Part shown: positions 23,001-35,311 of the stretch, piece by piece
Layout: the number at the start of each line of letters is the position of its first letter
Position numbering within the stretch: the first letter of the stretch is position 1
From: Lepidodermella squamata
Lineage: Eukaryota; Animalia; Gastrotricha
DNA length: 64,000 bases
Direction of reading: 5' to 3'
Assembly: GCA_047495785.1 (NCBI GenBank)
Contig: JBLDXI010000031.1
Coordinates: 62,001-126,000, forward strand
The notes under the pieces: model-generated
The model's database searches: none
Told to the model about the DNA's origin: nothing
Seen by the model: only the letters and a program-made list of their open reading frames with translations
Made by a program: the position numbers and the translations under genes

Positions 23001-26000
23001 CGGCGACGCCAGGGTGACTACAGACGGCGGTTGCGATATCGTCAGCGACAGCGTCGACGGGCTCGCGTCCTCGCCGTCGTCGTCAACGTCGATCAGCGCG
23101 TCTTCGTCTACCGAATCGTCGTCGTCTGTCTCGGGCGGCACGCTGTGAAGCAGTTGTTGCTGGTGATGCTGTTGGTTCTGCTGGTTTTGCTGCTGGTGGC
23201 TGCTGTTGTAGCTGGATGACGCGCCTTCGGGTGATCGCATTTCTTCCTTGAATGCAGGCGTCGTTCCGTCGTCCTGACTCATCGACATTTCATCCATGTT
23301 GCGCCGGCCTAGAAAAATGAGAAAATTATTAGCATTTTCTATTTCACAACCGAAATTCGGGATATTTTGGGACTAAACTGTATTTGAGAATTTTAAATTA
23401 ATCAGAAATTCAGAAATTTGTATTTCCGATTTATCTGAAAATTTTGGCGGTTTCTACGAATTTTACCTGATTTTTGCGTTAATCAGAATTAATTATGGTT
23501 AATTTAGGACGCTCACTTGCATATTCGAAAAAACGGTACCTACTAATTTTCCGCTTCATCGTTGACTTGTTTTCAGCAAATTAGTCGGAAAGAAATACTG
23601 ATGGGGAAGAAATGTAATCACTGGGATAAATTGTGTTTCTTCACTCTCTGCCCGGGCTCCTCGTGCGATGACCATCCGCAACACAGGAAATGGTCATAAT
23701 CAAATAATGGCTCAAGCTGACCCCCGTCAAGCTTAAGCCCTTCGTAAATCGGGACACGGCTGTAATTAATTTACGACAGTGCCACGCCATCGTTGTTATT
23801 TCTGATTCCGATGTGTTACGATCGTTTTTTAAGCCGAGAATTATTACTTTGATCGATAACAAAATCGCAAAAATCGCAAAAATAGATTTATCAAAATCAT
23901 TAGACTTGGTAAAATTATTTTGAAAAATTCAATATTATCAGCCGTTTAATAGCAATTTTTTCAAATCGAAATAGGAAAATTCAGCCAAATTAAATCATAT
24001 CCAGATAATTCGCAACTTTTTCCGAGTTCCTGGTTCATGTCCATTTCGAATAAATGAGACCATTTTAAGGTTCATAATTCGCAATTTAGAGCTTGAGCTG
24101 TTGAAGGAGTGTCGCCGCATGTCCGGGGATGGGACATTCTGGATTTCTCCAACTCTCTTCAGCCAGGTATACACGTAACACGCCGTTACCGAGGGCGCCC
24201 AGTTCCCTGTTGCTTACGCCCTTCTCCCCTGTAAGGACGGGCCGATCTACGACAAGTTGTTTCACAATCTGCGGCTGTTAGTACCTGACTTGTACTTCGA
24301 TCAAATTACGCTCGACTTCGAGCCAGCCGCAATTGCAGCAATAGCAACAACGTGGCCGAATGCGATGATTTTGGCGTGCTTATTCCATCTTTGTCAGGTT
24401 GTGTAAAAAATTAAAATTAACGCCTGTTGTTAAATGTATTATTATTTTTTAGGCCATTTATCGCCGTGTTGTTGCCTACGGGTTGCAAGGCTTATATTAT
24501 TCCGAAGTAACTTCAAATCATCGGAACAATAATTACTTTCATCGTACCATTTTTATCTGAAACCATCGGAACCATCGGAATTAATATTTTGCTATTAAAA
24601 ATGCATTATTTCATCGGAAAAGTTTCATTTCAATAACAGTATATTCCGACACTTTAAGATACTGATTTCCGACGAATAATTATAAAGCTGTTTCAAAATT
24701 CAAACCCCGGCGCTTATTTCGAGTTGTTAGCCCTCCGTTTTTTCCTACTTCGACAGAAACAGAGCTGGTGAGTTTGCCACGACCTCGACCTCGGCTACAG
24801 ACAGTTTTGTCAACAGATGTCGATGTTAACCGACTACGACCACCACTTGGTTCAGAAACCACAGGTTCAGCTTGGGCTGGAACAAAAGCCGTACTACGAC
24901 CACACCCGCGACCACGCATAGGCTCAGCAACCAACGCTTTCAGAAACCCAGTGATTGATGAGATCGTCGGTTTTCGAGAGAAATGCAGTGAGGGCGGGAC
25001 AGTCCTATCAGTTCCTTCAGCCTTTAGCCGATTACTCAGCGATTCATTTGCACTATTAGTGCGTCATTATTATAAAATCAGAGGCGCCTTCATACCAACC
25101 CGACAGCGGACCATAGATATAAATTGGCTCGAATTACTTAATGAAGTCTTCGTAAACGTAAGGCGTTAGTAGCATTGGGAATAGCCCTAAGCTCATCCTT
25201 CGTCGATAGCCATAACACTAGGTATTGCAAAGAGAAATGAATTAATTATCGTCTGAAACCGTCGGAAATCGCCTCGTTGTAATATTTCGCCTGTTGGACG
25301 ACGGCTTCGTGGACCGCGTACCAAAGCATAATTCCACCCGCTGTACCAGCAAATTACTGACTGAAACCATCGGAAAAACAAATAAAGCACTTACTTCTGA
25401 ACCGTTTTCGGCAGTTAACTCATATGAAAGTAACACATATAGCCTTAAATCTCAAGCACGAAACACGGGATAATAGCCGCTTTGATGTAACCCCCTTGGA
25501 TGACTTTATTGTGGATCGCATCGACTTGAAAGCAATTTGAAAAGAAAATTGCAAGAAATCACCACGGTCCAAAAAGGCTTTTCTCCTTTTTCGCGGCTGC
25601 TCGTCAAATTCATAATTGATCACTTATAAGGCGACTTATCAACGATTTCGAGGTCTTCCTATCCCCATCAGCGGGTTCGAAAAAGAATTGACCGGCTCCT
25701 ACCTTCTGCCTCATCATATCGTTAGCGGCGCGCCAAAACAACCACTTTACTATTTATAGATTTTATATGGATAGTACGATCGAGAGTAGAAAAAAATCAG
25801 TGCTCAAATGGCCTATCGTACTTTATCATTACGTTCGGCGACTTCAAGTACGATCGAATGAATCATCTAAGTGGTTGTTTTGGCGCGCCGCTAACGATAT
25901 GAGGCGTAATTTCGCAAAAATGCCATTTATTATCAATAAAGCAATCTTGAAATATGACCACTAAACCCATAGAACCCCTTTCCGATGAATTAATGGCGTG

Positions 26001-29000
26001 TTCCGATGAAGTAATCGTATATTCCGATAGAATAATGCACGTTTTCGATTCCGATGGTTTAATGCGAAATTTTCTGAAAAATTGTATTTCCGATGGTTTA
26101 ATGAAAAAGAGTACGATGAAAGTTTTTATTGTTCCGATGGAAAGATGTGGGTCCATTATTCCAATGTCGTTGTTAAAAGGTGGTTTAAAATATCTGGCGG
26201 CGCTTGCCTTTTTGCCGTTAGACCGAGTATCGAGCTCCTTCTACGCACTCGACGCGCAAATTGCGAAGATCGCGGCGGAACACGAGGCGTCCGGTTTGAC
26301 CCGCCTATATACGTACTTTCAGGAAACGTACATCGGCGTGTACCATCACGGCGAGCTGACCCATCGGCCGCGCTTCGATCTGGCTATATGGACTTGCTTT
26401 TCCCGCGCTTTGGCTGGCCTGCCCCTCACGGACAACGAGGCCGAAGTGGAGCACAAAGTTTTTTAGGACTTCGTAGAAAAACCCCACCCCTCGCCATACG
26501 AGCTTCTCTCCTTCTTTTTACAAGAACAGGACCTATGTGAGAGCCGTCTTATGGCTCGCGCGGCTGGCGAGAAATATAAGCGGTCCTACCCAGCCAAAGT
26601 GAAAATTTGCTCGTCGCTTGATACTGAATCACTAAATGATTTTAAATCTTTGGAAGCGCACCTTGTGACAATTGTTTTACACTTTGAAATGAAAAAAAGA
26701 CAAAAATCGGAACATTCCCTTAGAATTGTTGACTAATTCATTTATGCTTTGTTTTGTATAAAATTTATGACTCGCTGTTTTGTTGTTTTGCTATTTTGCA
26801 TATTTGCTGTTATGTCGCTAACCCATAATGATATTAATAAATCGTCGCTGTTTTGACGCAATATGGATTAATAGCTATTACGTCGGCTGCTGTTATGCGC
26901 AAATTACATTTTCGCTGTCATGTCGGTTTCGCTGTTTTCGGTATTTGCTGTTCCGGCGGTCTACCCAATTTAGAGCTGTCCAAACCAAAATATTATCAAC
27001 AATCTGCATCTCGGGCACGTCAGAATCGAAGCTCTGACTATTGGTCTTGGGTCGACGCTACAGTCACTGAACCATCAGGTTCAAGATAGGTCCCAATAAG
27101 ATAGACTTAGTTCGATTTTTACCTGAAATTTTCCTAAAAAGAAATCCGATGCCTGGTGATTTTTTTCAAAAATTGAAATCAACTCAGATCACACCTAAAT
27201 TTTCATCCCGAAAGAGTAACAACACATAGTTTTCAATAACGAAATTTTTTCTAAAATTCTTCCTTCAAAGTATTGAATTTCATGTGATTTATCGTTAGCA
27301 AATTAATTCTAAAGTGTGCCCCTTAAGTAACATCTCGTGGCCCAAAAATTCGAAACGCTTCCAAATGCCATCGGAAAATTAAACAATTATGGGAATAAAT
27401 AAATCCGAAGAAATTTGGTCCAACCGGGCAAAATTACCGAAAATTACCGAAATAGTTACCGTTGGGTTTCCGATAAATTGTTGTATTCGATGAAATCACG
27501 GAAGAAAATTGGGTGATGCTCAAATTTTCAATTAAAAAATTATTGTTAAGACTTTTTGCAAAATTAGGAAACAGGGACAGCGATTTTTTCCTGGCAGCAA
27601 TTTTTCTATTTTTTCCAATAATTACCTGGAATAACCGATGATTTAGCACAGCCGCGTAGAATCGGCGACGTCAACAGTTTGTTCTCGGCGGCGAGGCGTT
27701 TCACATAGGCCGACGTTTCAATTTTGCGCTGCATCGAATGCCGCCCCGTCTGCACGGCCGACAGTGACATGCCGGCGGCGATGCACGCGTCGTAGCGGCA
27801 CTTTTTGCACTTCATCTGGTGCTCGCGAGTCGTACGCTCGGTAACACTCGCGTCCGGCTTCACGGCTAACAACTTGCATTTGTACGGCGTTTTTTTAGAT
27901 ATCGACCGGCGGAAAAAGCCCTTACAGCCTTCGCAAGATATCACACCGAAGTGATAGCCACTACCTGGAGAAAAATTAACAACATTTAAATGTTGAAAAA
28001 TTTTAAAAAAAATTTTAAAATCATAATTTAACCGAGTATTCAAAACGCAAAAATTTGAAGTATTTTCCCTGCATTTTTTTGATTTTTTCATGCGGTCATC
28101 TTGGATGAAAAATAAGTTATCAAAGTATGTACAGCCTAAAAATAGGCAATCAAGTACCAACAATTTCGCTAAATTGATACTCGAGACTCGAGTACTTTAG
28201 ATTAGAAATCGAGAAAATGTCCAATGTCCTAAAAGCTTCAGGTTACGAGATAAAAACGAGCCGAAATTCGATCTGTAGGTAACGCGTGGGCAAAACTTTG
28301 CCTCGAAAATAGATGTTGTACTGGTTCGATAGGACACGGATGAAATTTTTCCGAAAAATCAACGAAAAAGCCGGACATTTTTTTGACGGGTTTAAATCTC
28401 AAAGATTAGCACCAAAAATATTTTGAAATTGATCACGATATACGTCAAGCTGGGTATTTGAAATTTTCAATATACTCAATGCAATATTCTCAATGCAATA
28501 TATGAGAATGCAATATACTCAAAGTTTTGGAAAAGAACTTTCGAACAAAAATGTCTCGAATTTTAATTGCCGCTTCACAATTATATTCCGCCTGAATTCG
28601 GAAATTTTTTCGGATTTATTTTACAATTTCACTATTTTATGCTGCGTTTGTTAGGTATTTTTCTTTTTATCTTTCTTAATTTCGCATTTCAAGTTTTCAA
28701 TTTTGGCTGAAATTTCATGGTCCACTTGCTAGCTTCCAGCTGTTTTAAATAACGCTAATAACCGTCTACATCATTATCAAATGTTGTCGCGACACTATAT
28801 TATAATGCCACTCAGTACCTGCGGATGAATTATATTGAAGCATCATCGCTTAACACGGCATTACGAGCAGCTTATCAAACAATGGCGCAAGTTTACAAAC
28901 GCGACTAATGATGACTTGTTGTCCGCGCCGAGAGCGGACAGTTTCAACATGATAGCCATCTTACATTGCGTTGAAATGAAGAGAGCCGAGTGAAAAATTT

Positions 29001-31093
29001 ACTCAAGGCATGATCGATAACAATGAATAAGAGAGACAACAAGAAGAGCCTATTCAGGTTAAAGACAAATTTAGATCTTAAAATCGATGAAATTTTGTTG
29101 AATAATTAAAGGATGAAACAATGAGAAAAGGAATCAGATAATATTACAAATTCCCTTTTATTTTACAGCTATTCCTAAAAATTCATCTGGAGACGCGATT
29201 TTCGAGTGGAAAACGATTCGTAGTTTTTTAGAATATTTCTTTCGAAAGCAGTAATATTAGCGTCACATGACTAAAATCGGAGTCATTCATTTGAAAATAA
29301 TAAAAATTCGCCCTGAGTAGGTAGGATGAGAACGTAAAATAAAATGTTTTCTAGAAGTAAAAATTTTCTAAAAAATTTTAAAAAATTTAAAAATTCTCGC
29401 CTGCAAAATGAAAATAGCTAAAAATTTTAGAGAACCAAAAAAAATCCAAAAATCATTTTTCAATTTCAATTTTCGACTGTAGAAAAAAACTTACTAGAAA
29501 CGCCGCAGATTTCGCACGGAATCATGCGAACGTTGATGCGCTCGCCATTGGGCGCGTGGACGCCCGGCGTCGGCGCCAAATCGCCGCCGTCGTCCTCGCC
29601 ATTCGACGACTCATTATCGTTATTGTTATTATTATTATTATTCGAATTCAACGACATGCGGCCCAATTGCGACGAAGTGTTGTTGTGGCTACTTGCCGCA
29701 GCATTATTACAACTAGTACCAGCCGCCCCGCTATTATCACTGTTTTTATCACCAGCACCGCCGCCTAGCTGCGACACGTCAATGCCCGAGTCATCGAGGC
29801 TCTTCGAGTCGATCATCGCCGCGTGGCAGCGACGCGCCCGGCACGCCCGGCACATGTGTTTCGTCGACAGTTTTCGAGCCCGGCCGTCGGCGTTGCGGTC
29901 CGTCGCCGGGTTCGGCTGCAGCCGCACCTCAGGGCACGAACATTTCTCCGTGAAAATGCTCGAATTCGACGCCTTCGAACGCGAGTAAAATTTCTGAAAA
30001 AAAAACAAAAAATAAATTACCGCAAAAATTGTAATCAAAAACTAAAATGAAAATGTTATGAAAAAAATTATTGCAAGTTTGCATACTTAATAGCAAAAAA
30101 ATGTCCACTTCCAGTAAAAATTGGTTCCGCTAGGGCTGTGACCCATTTTTTTTCTCTCAACAACACGAAACACGGAATTTATGTCAGCCGGATTAAATCC
30201 GTCTCAAAACTTATTGTTAAGGGAGAAATGGCGATTTCTCCTAAATTTGGAGCGACATCAATCACGGAATTGAAACAAGCGTGATTTCGCGGCATCACTT
30301 CAACAATTAAGATTAATTAAATATTGATCTCAACTTCAGATTTCGCCTTCTAGATGCAGGTCTGAAGGCGTTTGCACCAGACGCATATATTGATCGTTTG
30401 TCTCATTAATTAATCAAACGTGCTATTTTTAGCTAGAATTTTTCCCAAACGTATTAAATCGATAGCGACGAATAAAAGGAACGGGCGAGAAAAATACCCG
30501 TGATGATCGATGATTTGAATAACAACGGCTAGAAAGGGACATGGGTCGCCTATTAAATGGCCATCTTTAAGACGCAAAACCCGAGGGAGATTCTAGCGAA
30601 ATTTTGAACTTGGAAAAAAAACAAGAAAGTGTGAAGAAAAAACTTCAGAATTGTCCAATTCCAGGAGAGAAATGAAAAACTATCTCAAAAGCTAATCCTA
30701 AAAAACTGGCTGCTTTTTCTGAATAAAATTCGAATAAAAACTGGAAATTATGAATTGAACTAGATGCTGAAGGTACTTTTTATGCCACCAAGAGACAGAG
30801 AAAAAATATTAAAAATATTCTTTGAATAATCAACACACCTTGCAAGCGCCACAGATAGCATTCTTGCCGCGATTTCGCCGCGCAGAAGCCGACAAGTCGT
30901 CGCTAGTTCCGGTTTCCAGCGTAATCAGCGACTCGCCGCCGACGATTTTTGCAACCGGCGGTAGTTTAAACTCGCGACAGCACACCAAGCAAACGGCTTT
31001 TTCGCCAGAACCGCCGCTGCTCATTTTCCGACCGCTGCTGCTCGAAGTATCGAAAGCACCGCCTTGGTTAGAATCGCCATCGTCAGAATCCAT
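20064..31093 (-). CDS. Nuclear receptor with two DNA-binding domains (2DBD-NR), paralog B; exons 31093-30839, 29993-29495, 27964-27626, 23308-22568, 21275-20988, 20879-20688, 20531-20064
   Basis: DBD1 CLVC...CGACK|KFYSR...CSC...CRACRARRC; DBD2 [28 protein letters not shown]...CKKCRYDACIAAGMS; [41 protein letters not shown] and AF2-like HPLWAEM; first two introns at the same positions as in paralog A. Confidence 0.9.
24504..26154. mobile_element. Nested non-autonomous DNA element with long imperfect TIRs and an ATTATTCC target-site duplication
   Basis: ATTATTCC at 24496-24503 and 26155-26162; subterminal inverted repeats catcggaacaataa..actttcatcgtac with repeated CATCGGAA motifs; removing it rejoins the MULE reading frame. 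Confidence 0.75.
25714..25902. repeat. Perfect 34-bp inverted repeat with a 121-bp spacer
   Basis: tcatatcgttagcggcgcgccaaaacaaccactt (25714-25747) and its reverse complement (25869-25902). Confidence 0.9.
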
Positions 31094-33024
31094 GTTGTTG
31101 TAACGAGAATTTCGTTTGAGAAAACCTCAGCGTGACATGAATGAACCAGCAGATGATATTAAAGCCTACGTATAACACGATTACAAACTTCTTGACATCG
31201 ATTTTTGTTGAAATTTTAGACGACGATGCCACGTTTGGGATAAGCTACAGCTAATTAAATCGCGTTTTACGTGATAAAAATTAACCGAGGTATGATTATT
31301 TCAAACTTGGCCAGTTTATAATAACTACAAGTTCTTACAAAGCTCTTCAGGGTCCCAAAAATAGAGCAGAGTTTTATTGTGAAAAAGCGTGTTTATCACT
31401 CCGTGGCTTGAGCTGTATGTATGTGTGTGTGGCTGGCTGGAGAGAAATAACGCAAAAACGACGAGCGAACGCACGATGAAAATGAAAGGCTTTTGCACCG
31501 CGCAACTTGCCTAGTACTCACAGTCTTATTAATGGCGCATAATAATAGAAAATGTACGTCGCCGTTGGTTATTCGCGTGATAAGCAGCACTGTATTGCTT
31601 ATACTACACGCATACAGTACAAAAACGCACTCGGATTTTATTGAACGTATTTTGCTCGTCAAGTGAAAACGGCTGTCTGTAACTGAGAAATTGCGCTAAA
31701 TTAAGGCGGATTTTTTAATTGATCGCGCAACTGTGTTGAAATTAGGTGTGTATGTGTGCTTGTCGTTAAGATAATAAAAAGCTTGACACTTAGAGCTGGG
31801 TGAAATATTTGGGACAGTTTTAAAAGCGTAGGAAGACGTCACCGCCATTTCACTAATTTTCGGAGAAATGTGTTCAATAGATGTGATTGAAAAATCGGAA
31901 ATGCGTGGAAAAAAACGTGTGCCTAAATTTGTGCCACGTGGATTTTCAGTTTATGACGACCTGAAACACGCCAACTTGTCACTAATGAGATAGGTCACTG
32001 TGATGCGAAGTCTGCTTGAGTGATTGATTATTACGCAATTCCGTCTGATTGTAAAAACAATGGGCGGGCGAACAGAAGTGGTGGTGAACTCAGAAAATGA
32101 GGCCCAATCTGCGTCCCAAAGACAAAAGACTAAGAGAGACACAAATTCTGTATCAAGTGTGCGGCCTAACAAGACTTACGTCTTTATAAAAAAATTCTGC
32201 TGCGCTTTTTAGTTAGCAATTGTAGGACTCCGCCTACTTTAAGACTAAGAACCTTAAAGAGGAACACGTTTGAGGTCATTTTTTTTTAACAGCGATTGTA
32301 TCAGGACGACTTGATCGCGAGCGGAGATTCAAGGAACTGAAGGCGAGAGCTGTCATTTGAAATTATTCTCGCGTCTACTTAACGCTGAATTAACAGAAAA
32401 AAACCACTTCGGTACTTGCAATACTAATTAGTCTGTCAACGCCTTGCTTAGCGGTGAATTAAGCTCCCAAATAGTGGGACAAGTAAAACTTCGTCAATTC
32501 TTCTAAAAAAAATATTCCAAATTCATTAAAACACAAAAAATTGTCTCATTTTCCCGGCGTTAAAAAGACACAAAAGCTAAAACCTAGCTAAATAAATTTT
32601 TCAATGAATTTTCTATATTATAGCTGGTCGACAGAACATATGAAGAGCTGGACGCTATAACGGTGAAAATTCAGCTGCCTCCTTGGCAAACAACAGGATG
32701 AAATGGAGCCAATAGAGCAACTCCAAAAAGCGGCAGTAAATAAGTTTTTATAAAATTGAAAATAATTAAAAAATTGTTGTAAATACACAGGTAAGACCCA
32801 AACTTGACCCCAACAAAATTGAAAAAACTTCTGTGACTGCATTAGTGCCCCGGCTAAGCCCTGCCGCCTCATCACCGACATTTTCCCTAAAAACTAATGT
32901 GAGCCTGTGGTTTCCTGTATTCCTTTAGGTGCCCTTGCGATCCTCGCCCTACTGAGCCCCTCCCGAGCCAGCCCGATTAATATGTAAGCTTACCGTTAAT
33001 GAATTGATCTCTGCCTTGCCTTAC

Positions 33025-33130
33025 AGAGCCCTGAGCCTGAGCCTGAGTCGTCATGAGCCTGACCTTGAGCCTTGAGCCTTTCGGAACCTGAGCCTTGTCT
33101 GATGAGCTGGAATAGCCCTGCCTGTAAGCC
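33025..33130 (+). repeat. Degenerate GAGCCT tandem array, probably subterminal repeats of a MITE
   Basis: gagccctgagcctgagcctgag...gagcctgaccttgagccttgagcct. Confidence 0.55.
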
Positions 33131-33931
33131 CTTAATTATTGCCGTTAACCACCTTCGATAATTTTCAGCCCTACTCAATTTGCGCAACGAGCCCGAACCC
33201 TCGATCGACTTTTCTACCTTTCTACAAAAACGCACAAAAAGCCAACAAAAATCGACAAAAACTAAAATACAAAAATAAAATAATAACATAAAACTCGAAA
33301 TTATGAACTGCCTATGATAATGTTCAATTTATAAATGCTACGAGCCCTAGATAGCATGGGGGCAATATATTTTCATGCTCTGATGTCATTCATATGTGCC
33401 TATAGCGCCGGCCGGCGGAGGGCCTATATAAATAAAACTACGACATGCTAAGTTAGCCAAAGTTCGAATCATGCTTCAAACCATGCTTCAAAATTGGTGT
33501 TTGAAAATAACGTAGAAGTGCAAAATTCCTTCAAGTCGAAAAGATTCTAGGCGCGAATTTTCTATTTTTTCGCCCAGTTTCGCTCAATTTTTAGCTGTTC
33601 ATCCGAAGCTGAGAATCAGATGGAATCTGTAACCGTTTTCAGCCGGAAAGATTTTGCAATTTTCACCCTCGGCCTTCGGGAGGGCAAATCTATAGAATAA
33701 AATATTGCGCTGAGAATAGAATTTGAGAAGCTTCATTTAACCGCCGTTTATTTTCGCTTTCTCAAAGCTATTTTTTCAGCGTTCTGATTTCAAACAAATC
33801 GCGTGGAAAATCAGTGCAGCTGGAGACATTTCAGCTTTTTTCTACCTGTGGGGGCGGTTAATACCAAGATTATCTCTACGCGTAAAAACACCAAAGAAAT
33901 GTAGAGCAACAAAAAAATACTCATTTAAAAA

Positions 33932-35001
33932 ATGAAAATATTTAAATTTTCGCAATTTTTGTGTTTTATTGCTACTTCCCATGTTTCAAGCGTGATTTCA
34001 GGTAAAAATAGGCGATTCTTCATATATAAGTTCGGCAATAAACCAACATTTTTCTAGGCTACACCTGTTACACTGGAACGCGACCAGACGTTTTAGGCTT
34101 CGGCATTCCTTTACCGCTTCAAACTGAGTCAAATTGTCAATATTGCTTGGTATATAATCGATTGTCCCCAACTTTTCCAATAAAATAATTGAAAGCATGA
34201 TTTTTTCAGAAGGTCAAGGTCGAAGTGACGCCGCCTAGAAATTTTTCGATATCAAACACGTTTTTGTCATTTATAAAACCGTCTGTTGGCGTTGTTGTAT
34301 GGTCGTGCCCTAAAGTTGGCTCGACACTATCCCTCAGCCAATTTTCACCGATTTCGAATGGCATTTTGGAGGTTGTGCTCAAGTATCTGGACGATTTCCT
34401 GAGCTGTATCACCACAAGCGTGGAATTGAGACCAAAGGTACACATTTTATCAAAATTTGCATATTTTTGATATTTCACGAATTGTTTGAAAATTTAAATC
34501 CCTGTTTGTACTAAACTTTTTTCAACCCTACCCTAACGCCGTTACCCTAACCCCTAACCAGGAAAACCCCGAAAATTGGCGAAGAAGAAAAGTGAAAAAG
34601 TGCTATATTTTAGCAAGAAATAGTTAAAATATACCACATAATTATGCAAAATAGGCACTTCGTTTCCAATATTTAGATTTTATTTTATTTTTTCAATTTT
34701 TTCAAAGATCGGTGGCCGTATTTCGGTGTGTTCCTGCTGTTCGGATAAATGCAACACCGATGACAACGTTATGTGCCCTATTGTCATCACATCAGCTGAA
34801 TCCTTGGTCGACTCAGCTGTCAACGGATTGGTTAACACCGCAACAGGTGTTGTTGGCCAGGTTGTCGGTCAAGCGGTCAGCCAGGGTGTTCAAGCTATCA
34901 AAAATCCGATTTTGGCTTCATCAGCCAATTCGATTTTTCGTGAAAAATTAACAATACCAGCTGTTATCGCATTATTGAAATTTTGTCAATTTTTATTTTG
35001 A
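33932..35001 (+). CDS. Ly6/quiver(sleepless)-like GPI-anchored protein A; exons 33932-34001, 34058-34149, 34210-34437, 34708-35001
   Basis: Signal peptide, YTCYTG...CQYCLK, WSCP, CSCCSDKCN, hydrophobic C-terminus; junctions in frame. Confidence 0.78.
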
Positions 35002-35311
35002 ATAAAAAATTAAGATCGAATTTCGATTATTTTCATGTTAATTTCAGTAATTTCAGCGTGCCATGTAAATAGCAATTTCCGGTTTCGGCCACCCTCGGAT
35101 TCATTCTAACAGAACCACCCACATCTTTTAAACACCTTCTCATTCTTCTCCTTATTTCCAAGTCGCTGATAGTATAACGCAGGTACATGAGATGGGGTTT
35201 AAACGCCAGCGCAACTGTTAATCCCATTTTTCATAAGGATTTAGCACTGCCGCATAATATGCCCACCTTTTGTGTTATATAACGTTAAAATTCTATGTAA
35301 AACTGTGAAAA

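Larger units (their letters stand above)
24090..26736 (+). mobile_element. Mutator/MULE transposase pseudogene in intron 3 of paralog B, split by a nested insertion
   Basis: DGTF...FPVAYALLPCK...LDFEPAAIAAI...CLFHLCQ (24130-24397, internal stop) continues as AIYRRVVAYGLQGLYYS and, after the insertion, NVVVKRWFK/YLAALAFLP...YFQETYIG...WTCF...TDNEAE; frameshifts present. Confidence 0.85.

Noticed and set aside
28907-29010. Intronic ATGATGA plus GTCCGC/GCGGAC hairpin, possible C/D snoRNA
   Set aside because: No CTGA D box or terminal stem at a suitable distance
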